This document shows positions 38,009-47,354 of a stretch of DNA of 64,000 bases, piece after piece. Where the stretch lies: contig CAYGAC010000067.1 in NCBI GenBank assembly GCA_964347865.1, positions 6,592-70,591 on the forward strand, written 5' to 3'. How positions within the stretch are numbered: position 1 is the stretch's first letter; each line of letters begins with the position of its first letter. This DNA comes from an uncultured Thermoplasmatales archaeon (GTDB lineage Archaea > Thermoplasmatota > E2 > DHVEG-1). A program made the translations under genes and the position numbers. The notes under the pieces were generated by a model, which was not told the DNA's origin, made no database searches, and saw only the letters and a list, made by a program, of their open reading frames with translations.

Positions 38009-38023
38009 TTAACGATTGTTAAC
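38009..38023. promoter_or_regulatory. palindromic motif TTAACGATTGTTAAC (candidate operator), copy 2, in the divergent promoter region
   Basis: Lies between the divergently oriented regulator genes 37657-37977 and 38082-39053. Confidence 0.35.
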
Positions 38024-38081
38024 ATACTAAAGGAAGAAAAAGTATAACAAAATTGAAAAACGATTAAAATATCATTTCTTT

Positions 38082-39053
38082 TTGGATATGGAGAAAATTG
38101 ATCTAAAAGATAGAAAAATATTATATCATTTAGATTTGAATTCACGACAACCATTTTCACAAATAGGGAAGAGAACCGGTTTAAATAAAGAAGTTGTAGT
38201 TGCTAAAGTAAAAAGACTGCAAGAAATAGGTGTAATTAGGAATTTCTATACCGTTATTGATGTCTATAAATTAGGTTTCATTATGATGAGATTTCTCTAT
38301 AAATATCAATATACAACACCAGAAAAAGAAAAAGAAATCGTAGATTTTTTTGTAAAACACAAGAACTCTACATTAGTAGCATCAACTAAAGATATGTTTA
38401 ATTTAAAAGTAATTAAGATTATAAAAGATATAAATGATTTCTATAACATCTGGCAAGAAACTCAAAGACAATATGGTTATTACTTTCAAGATAAATCGTC
38501 AGCTTTATTCATCAATGAAGTTTATTATGCACCTTCATATCTAATATCAGACAGTTATGATAAAAAAAGAAGGGAAAAGGTTACATTAGTCGGCCGAGGA
38601 AAACAAATTGAAATCGATGAAATAGGATTCAAAATATTGAGGTTAATTTCATCAAACGCACGAATCAAAATTTCAGATATTGCTGAAAAATTGAATATTA
38701 ACGCAAATTCAGTAAAAGATAAGCTTCTACAATTAAGAAAATTAGGTGTCATTCAAGGATTTAGAGTGGACATTGATATTTTAAAATTGGGATATCATAT
38801 TTTTCGAGTTAATATTTACCTCGAAGATTATCATCTAAGAAACAAAATAATCGAGTACGTAAAATTTAATCCAAATTTAGCTTTTATAGATACCTATAGT
38901 GGAGGAGCAGATATTGAATTAGAATTTCATTTAGAACATATGAACCAACTCTATCCAATTATGCAAAATATCGCAGAAAAATTTCCAAAAGCTATACGCT
39001 ATTATAAACAACTTAACATTGAAAAATATCACAAGTTTCTATATTTACCTTAA
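38082..39053 (+). CDS. tandem Lrp/AsnC-type HTH regulator (two HTH_AsnC-like repeats)
   Basis: The two repeats are KILYHLDLNSRQPFSQIGKRTGLNKEVVVAKVKRLQEIGVI and FKILRLISSNARIKISDIAEKLNINANSVKDKLLQLRKLGVI. Confidence 0.6.
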   Translation: MDMEKIDLKDRKILYHLDLNSRQPFSQIGKRTGLNKEVVVAKVKRLQEIGVIRNFYTVIDVYKLGFIMMRFLYKYQYTTPEKEKEIVDFFVKHKNSTLVASTKDMFNLKVIKIIKDINDFYNIWQETQRQYGYYFQDKSSALFINEVYYAPSYLISDSYDKKRREKVTLVGRGKQIEIDEIGFKILRLISSNARIKISDIAEKLNINANSVKDKLLQLRKLGVIQGFRVDIDILKLGYHIFRVNIYLEDYHLRNKIIEYVKFNPNLAFIDTYSGGADIELEFHLEHMNQLYPIMQNIAEKFPKAIRYYKQLNIEKYHKFLYLP

Positions 39054-39075
39054 TAACTTGATTTTTTATAAGAGG

Positions 39076-39420
39076 TTATCTTCTATTTTTAACAGTTTCA
39101 ATCATTTCTTTTCCAAAGGGAGTTATTCCATATAAACGAATATTTTTACCTCCACTCTTTTCTTCAACTACATTTAAACTTATAAGTGACTCCTCTTTTT
39201 TGTACCTAGAATTCATACCTCTTAGCGCACCTATAACATTTGAAGATGTTGCTCCAACATTATAAGCTATTTCGGAAGTATAACTATAACTTGGACTGAT
39301 ATCAAAAAGATATTCAGCAACTTTTTTCCTTATATTACTTCTCCTTAGAGCTCTTACAACTAGAGGTTTTTTTATATCTAGAGAATGGTCTAAATTAAGA
39401 TCTTCTGGCATCCCATCCAC
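39076..39420 (-). CDS. winged-helix transcriptional regulator (archaeal ArsR/MarR-like, 114 aa)
   Basis: The wHTH-like region is EIAYNVGATSSNVIGALRGM. Confidence 0.45.
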   Translation of the reverse strand: MDGMPEDLNLDHSLDIKKPLVVRALRRSNIRKKVAEYLFDISPSYSYTSEIAYNVGATSSNVIGALRGMNSRYKKEESLISLNVVEEKSGGKNIRLYGITPFGKEMIETVKNRR

Positions 39421-39895
39421 GTACCCTTTAAACGAATTCAGCTTCCTTTTATTAAAGTATTCCCTACCGTATATTTATCTACATATGCAAATGCACAATT
39501 ATATGAATAATTACCTACATATTATTGTATATGCATAATCATCTTCATATTCAGGTGTAAATTCTATTGAATATACTACCGATCATATTATCTTCATTTC
39601 GTATAAGTTCATTAAAAAATATGCGGGCGCCGGGATTTTGACCTTAATATGTTAACAAATTTTATGGTTTGTTAGGATATGCTAGGGAAATGATACCGAC
39701 TGGACGTTTAAATCACACATTCATTTTAAATAATGGTTTGATTGTTATTTGAAAAAGACGTTTTTACTCTATAATAACGTCGAGGGGGAGATTTGGTTTC
39801 GAATTAATTGGTAAAAAATATTTGTCTTCAAATGTTGATTTAAAAAAAAGTTAGTGTTTTTCAATTGGTATTTCTTTTTTATTCTTTTAATATTA

Positions 39896-40003
39896 CGCCA
39901 CATAACAAAGTGGTTACCTTCCCCTTTTCGCTGAGAATATCGTCGAAATAATCGTCGAAAATCTAAAAGTTTTTTCTAAAATTCTTTTTTTCTTTTTTAA
40001 ATA
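39896..40003. repeat. repeated intergenic element, copy A (about 97 percent identical over about 79 nt to 55207-55285; the shared CGCCACATAACA prefix also occurs at 55113-55124)
   Basis: cgccacataacaaagtggttaccttccccttttcgctgagaatatcgtcgaaataatcgtcgaaaatctaaaagttttttctaaa plus a T-rich tail. Contains an internal direct repeat of TCGTCGAAA. Confidence 0.7.
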
Positions 40004-40077
40004 ACAAAATATTATGATGTTACTATTATTATATCTCAACTAGCTTTTTTAACTAAAATATATTTTGGATTGAAGAA

Positions 40078-40485
40078 ATGGAAAGAAAATCAAAACAGAA
40101 AGATAAAACCTCAAATCAATTACTTAAATGGATATTAATAACTGTAGGAACTTTTTTTGTAGGACTTGGAATTCTTGGAATATTTATACCAATACTCCCT
40201 ACTACTCCTTTTCTTTTACTTGCTGCAGCTTGTTATGCTCGAAGCTCAAAAAAATTCTATGAATGGTTAATAAATAATAAATTGATAGGTGCCTATATTA
40301 AAAACTATAGAGAAGGCAGAGGAGTTCCATTAAAAATCAAGGTTTTCACCATTTCCTTACTATGGGTTACAATCCTATTTTCAGTATTTTATATATCACA
40401 TAATTCTTGGATTAAAATTATTCTAATTATAATAGCTAGTGGAGTTACTATTCACATCCTTACAATAAAAATCTATAAACAATAA
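40078..40485 (+). CDS. DUF454/YbaN-like small inner-membrane protein
   Basis: 135 aa with two TM hairpins. The WILITVGTFFVGLGILGIFIPILPTTPFLLLAAACYARSS pattern is typical of YbaN-family proteins. Confidence 0.55.
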   Translation: MERKSKQKDKTSNQLLKWILITVGTFFVGLGILGIFIPILPTTPFLLLAAACYARSSKKFYEWLINNKLIGAYIKNYREGRGVPLKIKVFTISLLWVTILFSVFYISHNSWIKIILIIIASGVTIHILTIKIYKQ

Positions 40486-40543
40486 ATAAGTTAAGATAAT
40501 AAATGTTTAAATAATATGTATCATTTCGAATAGTGGTGAGTTA

Positions 40544-40675
40544 ATGGAAGAATCTTGTACCTGTTGTGTTTGTGGAACCGAATGTGAAAAAGAACAAGTT
40601 AAACAATTCGAAAGAAAAGGAAAAACAAAGAATATCTGTAAGGAATGTGTAACAGCAATAAAAGGACTGGCTTAA
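40544..40675 (+). CDS. small zinc-ribbon protein (43 aa), absent from the ORF track
   Basis: MEESCTCCVCGTECEKEQVKQFERKGKTKNICKECVTAIKGLA. Two CxxC pairs are separated by about 20 aa. Confidence 0.4.
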   Translation: MEESCTCCVCGTECEKEQVKQFERKGKTKNICKECVTAIKGLA

Positions 40676-40727
40676 TATGTAAAAAAAATTTGATATTAAA
40701 AGAAGATATTAGAATTGGGGGGATTTT

Positions 40728-40997
40728 GTGCCTAATAAAGTTATTAAAAAAGATGGAAGAACGGAACCATTTATAAAAGAAAAAATTGTTGTTAGCGCTA
40801 TAAAAACAGGTGCAAATGTTGAAGTAGCACGAAAAATAGCTGACAAGATAGAAAAACACCCTAAGGAAAACATTAGGTCAAGTTGGATACGTAAAAATGT
40901 ATTAGATGAATTAGAACTACACAATCCTGATTGGCCTAAACGCTGGTATAACTATGACAAGAACATTAAAAGATTACATAAATCTGGTCTAGAATAG
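40728..40997 (+). CDS. ATP-cone domain protein (89 aa), GTG start
   Basis: The NrdR/RNR-like ATP-cone sequence is VIKKDGRTEPFIKEKIVVSAIKTGANVEVARKIADKI. GGGGGG lies upstream of the GTG start. Confidence 0.55.
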   Translation: MPNKVIKKDGRTEPFIKEKIVVSAIKTGANVEVARKIADKIEKHPKENIRSSWIRKNVLDELELHNPDWPKRWYNYDKNIKRLHKSGLE

Positions 40998-41088
40998 ATT
41001 ACATTCAAAAAGCTGTATTCAATATTTATTGTTGTGAAAGACCAATAACCGATGTCTATCTAGAGGAAAAAATTACCAATAAGAATTA

Positions 41089-41937
41089 TTAATTTTGATG
41101 GAGAAAATTCTTCACAATTTTCAATCTCTTTTTTCTATCCATTTTATCATAAACTGGATTCCAATCACCATACAACTCCTTATGAAAAACAGGTTTATTA
41201 ACCTTATAAAAAACACCTATCGGTATATGATCCTTCATATTCTTTACCGATTTAATTGCCTCTTCAAAAGTCTTTCCAGGTTTAGGAATTATTTCAGTTT
41301 TCTCATTATACAACTTATACGTGTTGCTAAAAACCACACTTGGCTGCAAAACGTCAACAATTGAGAAACCTTGATGCAATATTGCTTCTACAATTAGATC
41401 ACTTAAATGATCAATCTTTCCAGCATATCCACGAGCAACAAAACTCGCACCTGCTTCCAATAATAAACTCAGCGGATTTAAGGGCTCTTCGATATTTCCT
41501 TCAGGTTTAGAAGGGCCTTTAAAGCCTTTCTTACTAGTAGGAGAAAACTGACCAGTAGTTAAAGCGTATGTACTATTATTATGAACTATAACAGTAATAT
41601 CAGCATTTCGTTTCGCTGCAAAAATCATATGTGCAATCCCCTAACCATAAGCATCTCCATCACCTGCAAAAGCTACAACTTTCAAATCAGGATTGCCAAG
41701 TTTAATTCCTTGAACAGTTGCCATACTTCGGCCATGAATTGAATATAAACCACTCAAACCTACATAATCAAAAATCTTACCGTGACAGCCAATACCACTA
41801 GAAATTATCAGATTACTACGGTTAATACCATTATTCTCGAGCTTATTTACTACCTTTTTAAATGCATTCAAAATACCGAAATTACCACAACCTGGACACC
41901 AAGTGTTTTCAGCATCGGTATCAAGATTATAACTCAA
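41089..41937 (-). pseudogene. 2-oxoacid:ferredoxin oxidoreductase beta subunit (two-subunit alpha/beta type) interrupted by a single in-frame TAG at 41641-41643
   Basis: ORFs 41641-41937 (CPGCGNF…GDGDAYG*) and 41089-41628 (MIFAAKRNADITVIVHNN…) are in the same frame. The read-through sequence is GDGDAYG-TAG-GIAHMIFAAKRN. The consensus beta subunit reads GDGxAYGIGGNHFIHAARRN here. Confidence 0.7.
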
Positions 41938-41938
41938 T

Positions 41939-43591
41939 TTATAACACCTCTTTTATTTTATTTAATAGTTCTATAGGATCAAAAGGACGTCCATTATATT
42001 TCAGAATTGTCTCATTTGTTTCAATACCTACTTTTTCCCTTAATAATGATGCAAGTTGACCTGTGCTATTCTGTTCTACTACAATCGCTTTCTTGCCCTT
42101 GTATCTTTCAAGTTCCCATATTGGAAAAGGTTTAAGATAAATTGGCTGAACTACTTTCATATCCAGTTTGCCATAATCTAGAGCTTCTCGGACACTCATT
42201 GTAGTTGATCCAAAGGTAAAAATCAATTTTTCTCCCTCACCAAAAGTATTAACAGTATGTGCTTTTTTCAAAAAATCAATAAGGCTTTTTTGTTTCTTTC
42301 GTCTTTTTTCATGCATCTTAGCAATTAATTCAGCCTTCTCTGTTGTTAAACCTAATTCAGTATGTTCATAACTATTCCACTTAATCAATTTCTTATTCGG
42401 TGGAAACAGCAATGGAGATATACCATTCTTAGTATCTAGATAACGTTTGAATTGGCCATCTATGTGTATAATAGGTTCAGACCATTTTGAATTTTCAGGA
42501 TTAATAGAAACACTCATGCTACTTTCACCTAAATGCTTCTCTGACAATAAGATTGCTGGTGTTTGAAAACGCCAAATCAGATTCAACAGCTCTGCAGTCA
42601 AATAGAATGCTTCCTCAATACTACCTGGGGAAGCTACAATACGAGGAAACTCACCCTGTCCCGGATTAAGAGAGAAAAATAATTCTCCTTGCTCAGTATA
42701 TGTTGGTACCCCAGTACTTGGTCCAGGACGTTGGCCGATATAGAACAGCACTGGTGCTTCAACCATTCCCGCAAGAGAAAATGCTTCCTGCATCAGGCAA
42801 AAACCACCACCACTTGTTCCAACCATGCTACGTGCACTAGTAAATGTTGCACCAATAGCCATATTTGCAACTGCAATCTCATTCTCAGGTTGAACTACTA
42901 CAATACTAAGTTTTTCACTATTGCCTGCTAAAAAATGTAATACAGGAGTAGAAGGTGTCATAGGATAACTAAAATAGATATCCAAACCAGCAGCAGCTGC
43001 ACCTAAACCTATAGCTTCACTACCAGACAATGATACAAGTTTTTTATTCCCTTGTTTTAAGGTAACTTTATTTTTTATTTTTTTGTCAGCAGCATCAAAA
43101 ATTACATGAGCATACTTAATGTTATCTTCGACATTGTATCCATATTCCTTTTTGATAATGTCATCCAATTTCTTTTTATCTGCGCCCACTATTGCAACAA
43201 GGATAGCAATACCAGCCACACCTTGGATGAGATCCGGATTCTCATATTTTTTCGCCTCAGAAGAAATTGGAATGCCGATGCCCGAACCCCTTGCTTTGTC
43301 AGAGTTGTAAACTATTATCCCATTTTTTGTGACATGGTCCTTGTGGATGTCATAGCTTCGTTGATCAAGAACAATAACGAGATCTGCTTTCATGTAATGA
43401 CTATAGATTTTTGATGTAGCAGTACTAACAACTGAGAAGTTATGGCCACCTCGTATCAGACTTGGATAGTCATTCATTTGAAAAACTTCACGTTTTAAAT
43501 CAGCAAAGAAATTTGCAGCAACAAGACCTGCTTTTTTTGTGCCTTGACCAGCTTTACCACCAATAATAAAGGTATAGATATTCTTCTTCAT
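41939..43591 (-). CDS. 2-oxoacid:ferredoxin oxidoreductase alpha subunit (fused gamma/alpha, two-subunit type)
   Basis: The N-terminal gamma-like motif GGKAGQG is followed by the alpha domain. 550 aa. The stop overlaps the beta start. Confidence 0.8.
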   Translation of the reverse strand: MKKNIYTFIIGGKAGQGTKKAGLVAANFFADLKREVFQMNDYPSLIRGGHNFSVVSTATSKIYSHYMKADLVIVLDQRSYDIHKDHVTKNGIIVYNSDKARGSGIGIPISSEAKKYENPDLIQGVAGIAILVAIVGADKKKLDDIIKKEYGYNVEDNIKYAHVIFDAADKKIKNKVTLKQGNKKLVSLSGSEAIGLGAAAAGLDIYFSYPMTPSTPVLHFLAGNSEKLSIVVVQPENEIAVANMAIGATFTSARSMVGTSGGGFCLMQEAFSLAGMVEAPVLFYIGQRPGPSTGVPTYTEQGELFFSLNPGQGEFPRIVASPGSIEEAFYLTAELLNLIWRFQTPAILLSEKHLGESSMSVSINPENSKWSEPIIHIDGQFKRYLDTKNGISPLLFPPNKKLIKWNSYEHTELGLTTEKAELIAKMHEKRRKKQKSLIDFLKKAHTVNTFGEGEKLIFTFGSTTMSVREALDYGKLDMKVVQPIYLKPFPIWELERYKGKKAIVVEQNSTGQLASLLREKVGIETNETILKYNGRPFDPIELLNKIKEVL

Positions 43592-43974
43592 AAGAAAATC
43601 AATCTCCCTTATAATATTTTTATAATCATACAGATCTGAACCTATATGTAATCACATTTTATTTATTAAATCGCATTACAATTTAGAAACAAAGCATATT
43701 TTTTTTCAATATTTATTTTGCATATCATTCCAGGGGACCAATTACCTTAAATTTTTTATAACCATATTATTTTTTATAAAAGTATTGTTCATATCAGCGG
43801 TAAATATCCAATAAAAAATAAATCTAGATGCTTTAAATATTCTACTGCAAGAGAAATAATAAAACGATGATTGTGTATAAAGGAAAAACAATTATAGGAA
43901 TTGAATCTTGGTCAGATATATTACATGAAATCAAGATGATAGAGAACAAATCTTGATATAAATATTGGAGGATT

Positions 43975-44418
43975 ATGAATATGAAATCAACTGCGATTTT
44001 GGATTTGATGGTTAAAGACCATCATCGTATTCTAGAATATCTTAAAGATGTTGAGAATAATCTTGGACGAGATTTTGGGTTTATAAGCAATTCTTTTAAT
44101 ACTTTTCAATGGAATTTGGAAAAACATTTTTTTGTTGAGGAAAGGGCAATCTTTCTTACTTATATTCCTGAAGACGCTGCTCAGGAATATGATTTTTTTT
44201 CAGATCTTATGGATCAACACACAGAACTTTTAGAAAAAATTAATACATTGAGAAAAAAGCTACAGAGAAGAGAACCTTTTGATTTGAATGAAATGAAAAC
44301 GTTTTTAGTTAAACATAAAACTTTTGAGGAAAGGAACATCTATCCATTGCTAGATCAGAAACTCGACGAGAGTGAAAAGGATTTCATAATTGATCGTATA
44401 AGAGATATTAGAATATAA
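43975..44418 (+). CDS. hemerythrin HHE cation-binding domain protein
   Basis: The His/Glu pattern (DHHRILEYL … HFFVEER … H…E) is typical of hemerythrin-like domains. Confidence 0.6.
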   Translation: MNMKSTAILDLMVKDHHRILEYLKDVENNLGRDFGFISNSFNTFQWNLEKHFFVEERAIFLTYIPEDAAQEYDFFSDLMDQHTELLEKINTLRKKLQRREPFDLNEMKTFLVKHKTFEERNIYPLLDQKLDESEKDFIIDRIRDIRI

Positions 44419-44442
44419 TAGGAGTAAAAACAGTTTTAAAAA

Positions 44443-45741
44443 TCAATGTACTGAACAAGAGATACATGGATCATAGGCCCGAATGAGCATCTCACATTTT
44501 AGAGTAATTTCATCTAAAGGTAAGGCCAATATAGTTTGAACAAAATCGTTAACATCTTTTTCAACATTGTAAGCATTTTGTGAAGTAGGTGGAACAATAT
44601 CTACACCTCTCACAATTCCATTATTATCAAGATCATAGCTATGATAAAGACTTCCACGAGGCGCCTCAGTAATAGCAGCACCAAAACCTGATTTACACAC
44701 TATATTTATTGATTCTTCCTTAAGAGATAATCGATTAATTATCTCAATTGACTCATCAATATTATGAACCAATTCTATTGCTCTTGCCAGATGCGACACA
44801 AATGGATTGAAATTGGGGAATTTAACACTGCTTCTTTTTGCTGCATCCTTTGCATCAGAAGAAAGCTGGCTGAAGTTAATATTAACTCTTGGAAGAGGCC
44901 CTACCATAAATGAATCTCGATTTTTCACATACGAAAGTAATGCCATTGAATAAGGCACCTGTTTCTCATGGATATAATCGCGATACTCCTCTTCATCAAT
45001 ATCTAATCCATCTGTTGATTTAAGCCGCCCGTGATTAATAGCATACTCCTTTGGATCTGAAATCGCTACATGTTCACACTTTCTCTCAAAATCTGGAACT
45101 TCTAATTCTGAGAAAAGATCAACAGTTTCAAAGGCGTCCTGTTTAAGTTCTAATAACCGTTTTCGTATAGTTTGTATATGATTTCTATTTGGCAATGCTG
45201 TAAAACCTCCAACGACTGCTGTAACAGGATGAACAGCTCTTCCACCGATAAGATCAGTAATATCATTACCTAATTTCTTAAGCTTCAGTCCTCTCTTCAC
45301 TAAATCCAAATGGTCCTTTGCCATAGCAATGCTGCTTTCATAACCCATAAGATCCGGGAGAGAAAGAAAATACATGCTAAGCACATTGCTTTGTATATGT
45401 GCACTTATTACAAGGAGTTTCCGTAAATCCTTGGTTTGCTGGCTAGGTTCTATTCCAAGTGCATTTTCAATAGCTTTAAGCGCCGTTATCTGGTGGGCTA
45501 CTGGGCAGATACCACAGATCCGAGAGGCAAGCTCCATTATTTCATCATACCTTCTGCCGATTAGGAAGAATTCAAAAAAGCGTGGTGGTTCATATATTCT
45601 AAACTGAAGGTCTTCTACTTTTCCATCCTTTGAAATGCTGATATTCAATGCTCCTCGCCCTTCCACACGAGCTATGTAGTCGACATCTATGGTTTTTCCA
45701 CTCTGATGTTTGTAATGAACTTCCACAGTTTTTTTTCTCAT
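44443..45741 (-). CDS. hydA: [NiFe]-hydrogenase large subunit (group 3b sulfhydrogenase alpha-like)
   Basis: N-terminal RICGICPVAH motif (L1) and C-terminal DPCISCSVH motif (L2). Last gene of a beta-gamma-delta-alpha operon. Confidence 0.85.
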   Translation of the reverse strand: MRKKTVEVHYKHQSGKTIDVDYIARVEGRGALNISISKDGKVEDLQFRIYEPPRFFEFFLIGRRYDEIMELASRICGICPVAHQITALKAIENALGIEPSQQTKDLRKLLVISAHIQSNVLSMYFLSLPDLMGYESSIAMAKDHLDLVKRGLKLKKLGNDITDLIGGRAVHPVTAVVGGFTALPNRNHIQTIRKRLLELKQDAFETVDLFSELEVPDFERKCEHVAISDPKEYAINHGRLKSTDGLDIDEEEYRDYIHEKQVPYSMALLSYVKNRDSFMVGPLPRVNINFSQLSSDAKDAAKRSSVKFPNFNPFVSHLARAIELVHNIDESIEIINRLSLKEESINIVCKSGFGAAITEAPRGSLYHSYDLDNNGIVRGVDIVPPTSQNAYNVEKDVNDFVQTILALPLDEITLKCEMLIRAYDPCISCSVH

Positions 45742-46520
45742 CAGTGTTCCGCCTCCTTCAGAAACTCTGGTGACATACCAGCATATTTTCTAAACTTCCG
45801 TTTAATATCCCTATCAGTCAGCCCCATATCTCTAAAAATACCAGCAAGAGCTGAGGCGTTCGGGTTGCTCATTGGCCCGAAACATCCCTCACAATCTCTA
45901 TTAAGAGAAGGGCATATCGCATTACATCCAGCGCTAGTAACTGGACCCATGCAAGCTCTTTTTTTACTGGTAATAAGGCAAATATTATCTCTGAACTTAC
46001 ATTCAACACAGACAGGGTGATGTCTTAGACGCGGCTGTATCTTTAGAAGAGCTGATTTCAAAAGCTCAACAATCATATCTCTATGGGGAGGGCACCCCTT
46101 TAAAATCTTGTCAACCTTAACATATTCTCCAATGCCTAAAACCTTGGTGGAATGAATTGTCGAAGTATCATGATAGACAAGGTTTTCTGCTTCCATCTGT
46201 GGTATCCAATTTCTAATAGATGGAATACAGCCACCAATGGCACAATCCCCAAAGGCTACAAGAAATTTTGTCTTCTTCCTGATTTGTTTAATCTCTTCAA
46301 TTTCCTCAGGAGTTGAAATTCCACCTTCAACAAAGCTGATATCCCATTCTTTCTTATCATTTTCTCGTTTAACCATAACCCAATAATTTATATCAAATAA
46401 TTCAAGCAAATCAAGGAAAATATCTTCCAAATGAAGGAACTCTAGCTGACAACCCGCGCACCCGGTAAATTTAAAAACTGCAATCCATGGTTTTTCATTC
46501 ATAATATATATCACTCTCAT
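45741..46520 (-). CDS. hydD: [NiFe]-hydrogenase small subunit (sulfhydrogenase delta-like)
   Basis: The GCAGC, GDCAIGGCIP and GCPP motifs are present, with additional Cys clusters. Confidence 0.8.
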   Translation of the reverse strand: MRVIYIMNEKPWIAVFKFTGCAGCQLEFLHLEDIFLDLLELFDINYWVMVKRENDKKEWDISFVEGGISTPEEIEEIKQIRKKTKFLVAFGDCAIGGCIPSIRNWIPQMEAENLVYHDTSTIHSTKVLGIGEYVKVDKILKGCPPHRDMIVELLKSALLKIQPRLRHHPVCVECKFRDNICLITSKKRACMGPVTSAGCNAICPSLNRDCEGCFGPMSNPNASALAGIFRDMGLTDRDIKRKFRKYAGMSPEFLKEAEH

Positions 46521-47350
46521 TATAAAGGATGGATAAAAGGTTTGATGTCATTGTAGCTGAAGACAGGGCCATCTTTACAAACAAATTTTAAACCAACTTG
46601 ACAGTGACCACACTTGCCTATTCCACATTTCATCCTCCTTTCAAGCGATAAATAAATTTGATTATCATTAAATCCTATTGTTTCCAAGCATTTAGCAGCA
46701 TATCGCATCATGATTTCAGGTCCACATACAAATGCTACAGAGTTTCGTGTTTTCGTAGTCATCCTCGGGAAGCAAGATGTAACAAGACCCAGCTGACATT
46801 CAAATTGTGATTCAACAGGAATAGTATCAACAGTAAGCTCAAGTCTACTACTTTTTATACCCCTCCATCTTTCAAATTCATCAGTGAAAATCATATCATC
46901 TGGTGTTCTAGCTCCATAAAGAATCTCTAAATGACCGAAATCTCTCCTATTAGCTCTAATATGATTGATAACACCTCTAAGGGGAGCAATTCCCATACCA
47001 CCTGCAACAAGTAAAACATCCTTACCTTTTATCTTAACAAGTGGCCATCCATTTCCATAGGGGCCACGCATTCCAATATAACTACCATCTTTTAATTGGA
47101 GAATTGCGCTAGTGACACTTCCAACGTTTCTAATAGTAGTGATAATAGAACCATTGTTACCAATGTCTGATAAAGAAATTGCAGATTCTCCTGCACCAAA
47201 TAAGCTAAGCATCATAAATTGGCCAGGTTTGGGTGAAAAATCTTTTTGCAGTTTTGAATCAGAAAACTCAAGGGTATAGGTATTCGTATTAGAGGTCTCA
47301 GGTTTAATTTTTTTTATTACTCCTATGTTTGGATAATACTCATTTATCAC
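46520..47350 (-). CDS. hydG: sulfhydrogenase gamma-like subunit (FAD/NAD(P)-binding oxidoreductase with C-terminal 2Fe-2S; PyrK-like)
   Basis: A ferredoxin-reductase-type fold is followed by the C-terminal CGIGKCGHCQVG motif. Confidence 0.7.
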   Translation of the reverse strand: MINEYYPNIGVIKKIKPETSNTNTYTLEFSDSKLQKDFSPKPGQFMMLSLFGAGESAISLSDIGNNGSIITTIRNVGSVTSAILQLKDGSYIGMRGPYGNGWPLVKIKGKDVLLVAGGMGIAPLRGVINHIRANRRDFGHLEILYGARTPDDMIFTDEFERWRGIKSSRLELTVDTIPVESQFECQLGLVTSCFPRMTTKTRNSVAFVCGPEIMMRYAAKCLETIGFNDNQIYLSLERRMKCGIGKCGHCQVGLKFVCKDGPVFSYNDIKPFIHPL

Positions 47351-47354
47351 ATTT

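Noticed and set aside
39420-39895. Possible tRNA, ncRNA or mobile-element remnant in the 650-bp intergenic region containing GCGGGCGCCGGG
   Set aside because: I could not fold a cloverleaf or find inverted terminal repeats. Only the downstream repeat element (39896-40003) is supported.
41641-41643. Pyrrolysine (TAG recoding) as the explanation for the in-frame TAG in the OFOR beta gene
   Set aside because: TAG terminates clearly complete genes in this window (lysK at 23339-23341, the MiaB-like gene at 24616-24618), and no pyl genes are visible. Readthrough cannot be excluded without the whole genome, so it stays as a check in the finding.
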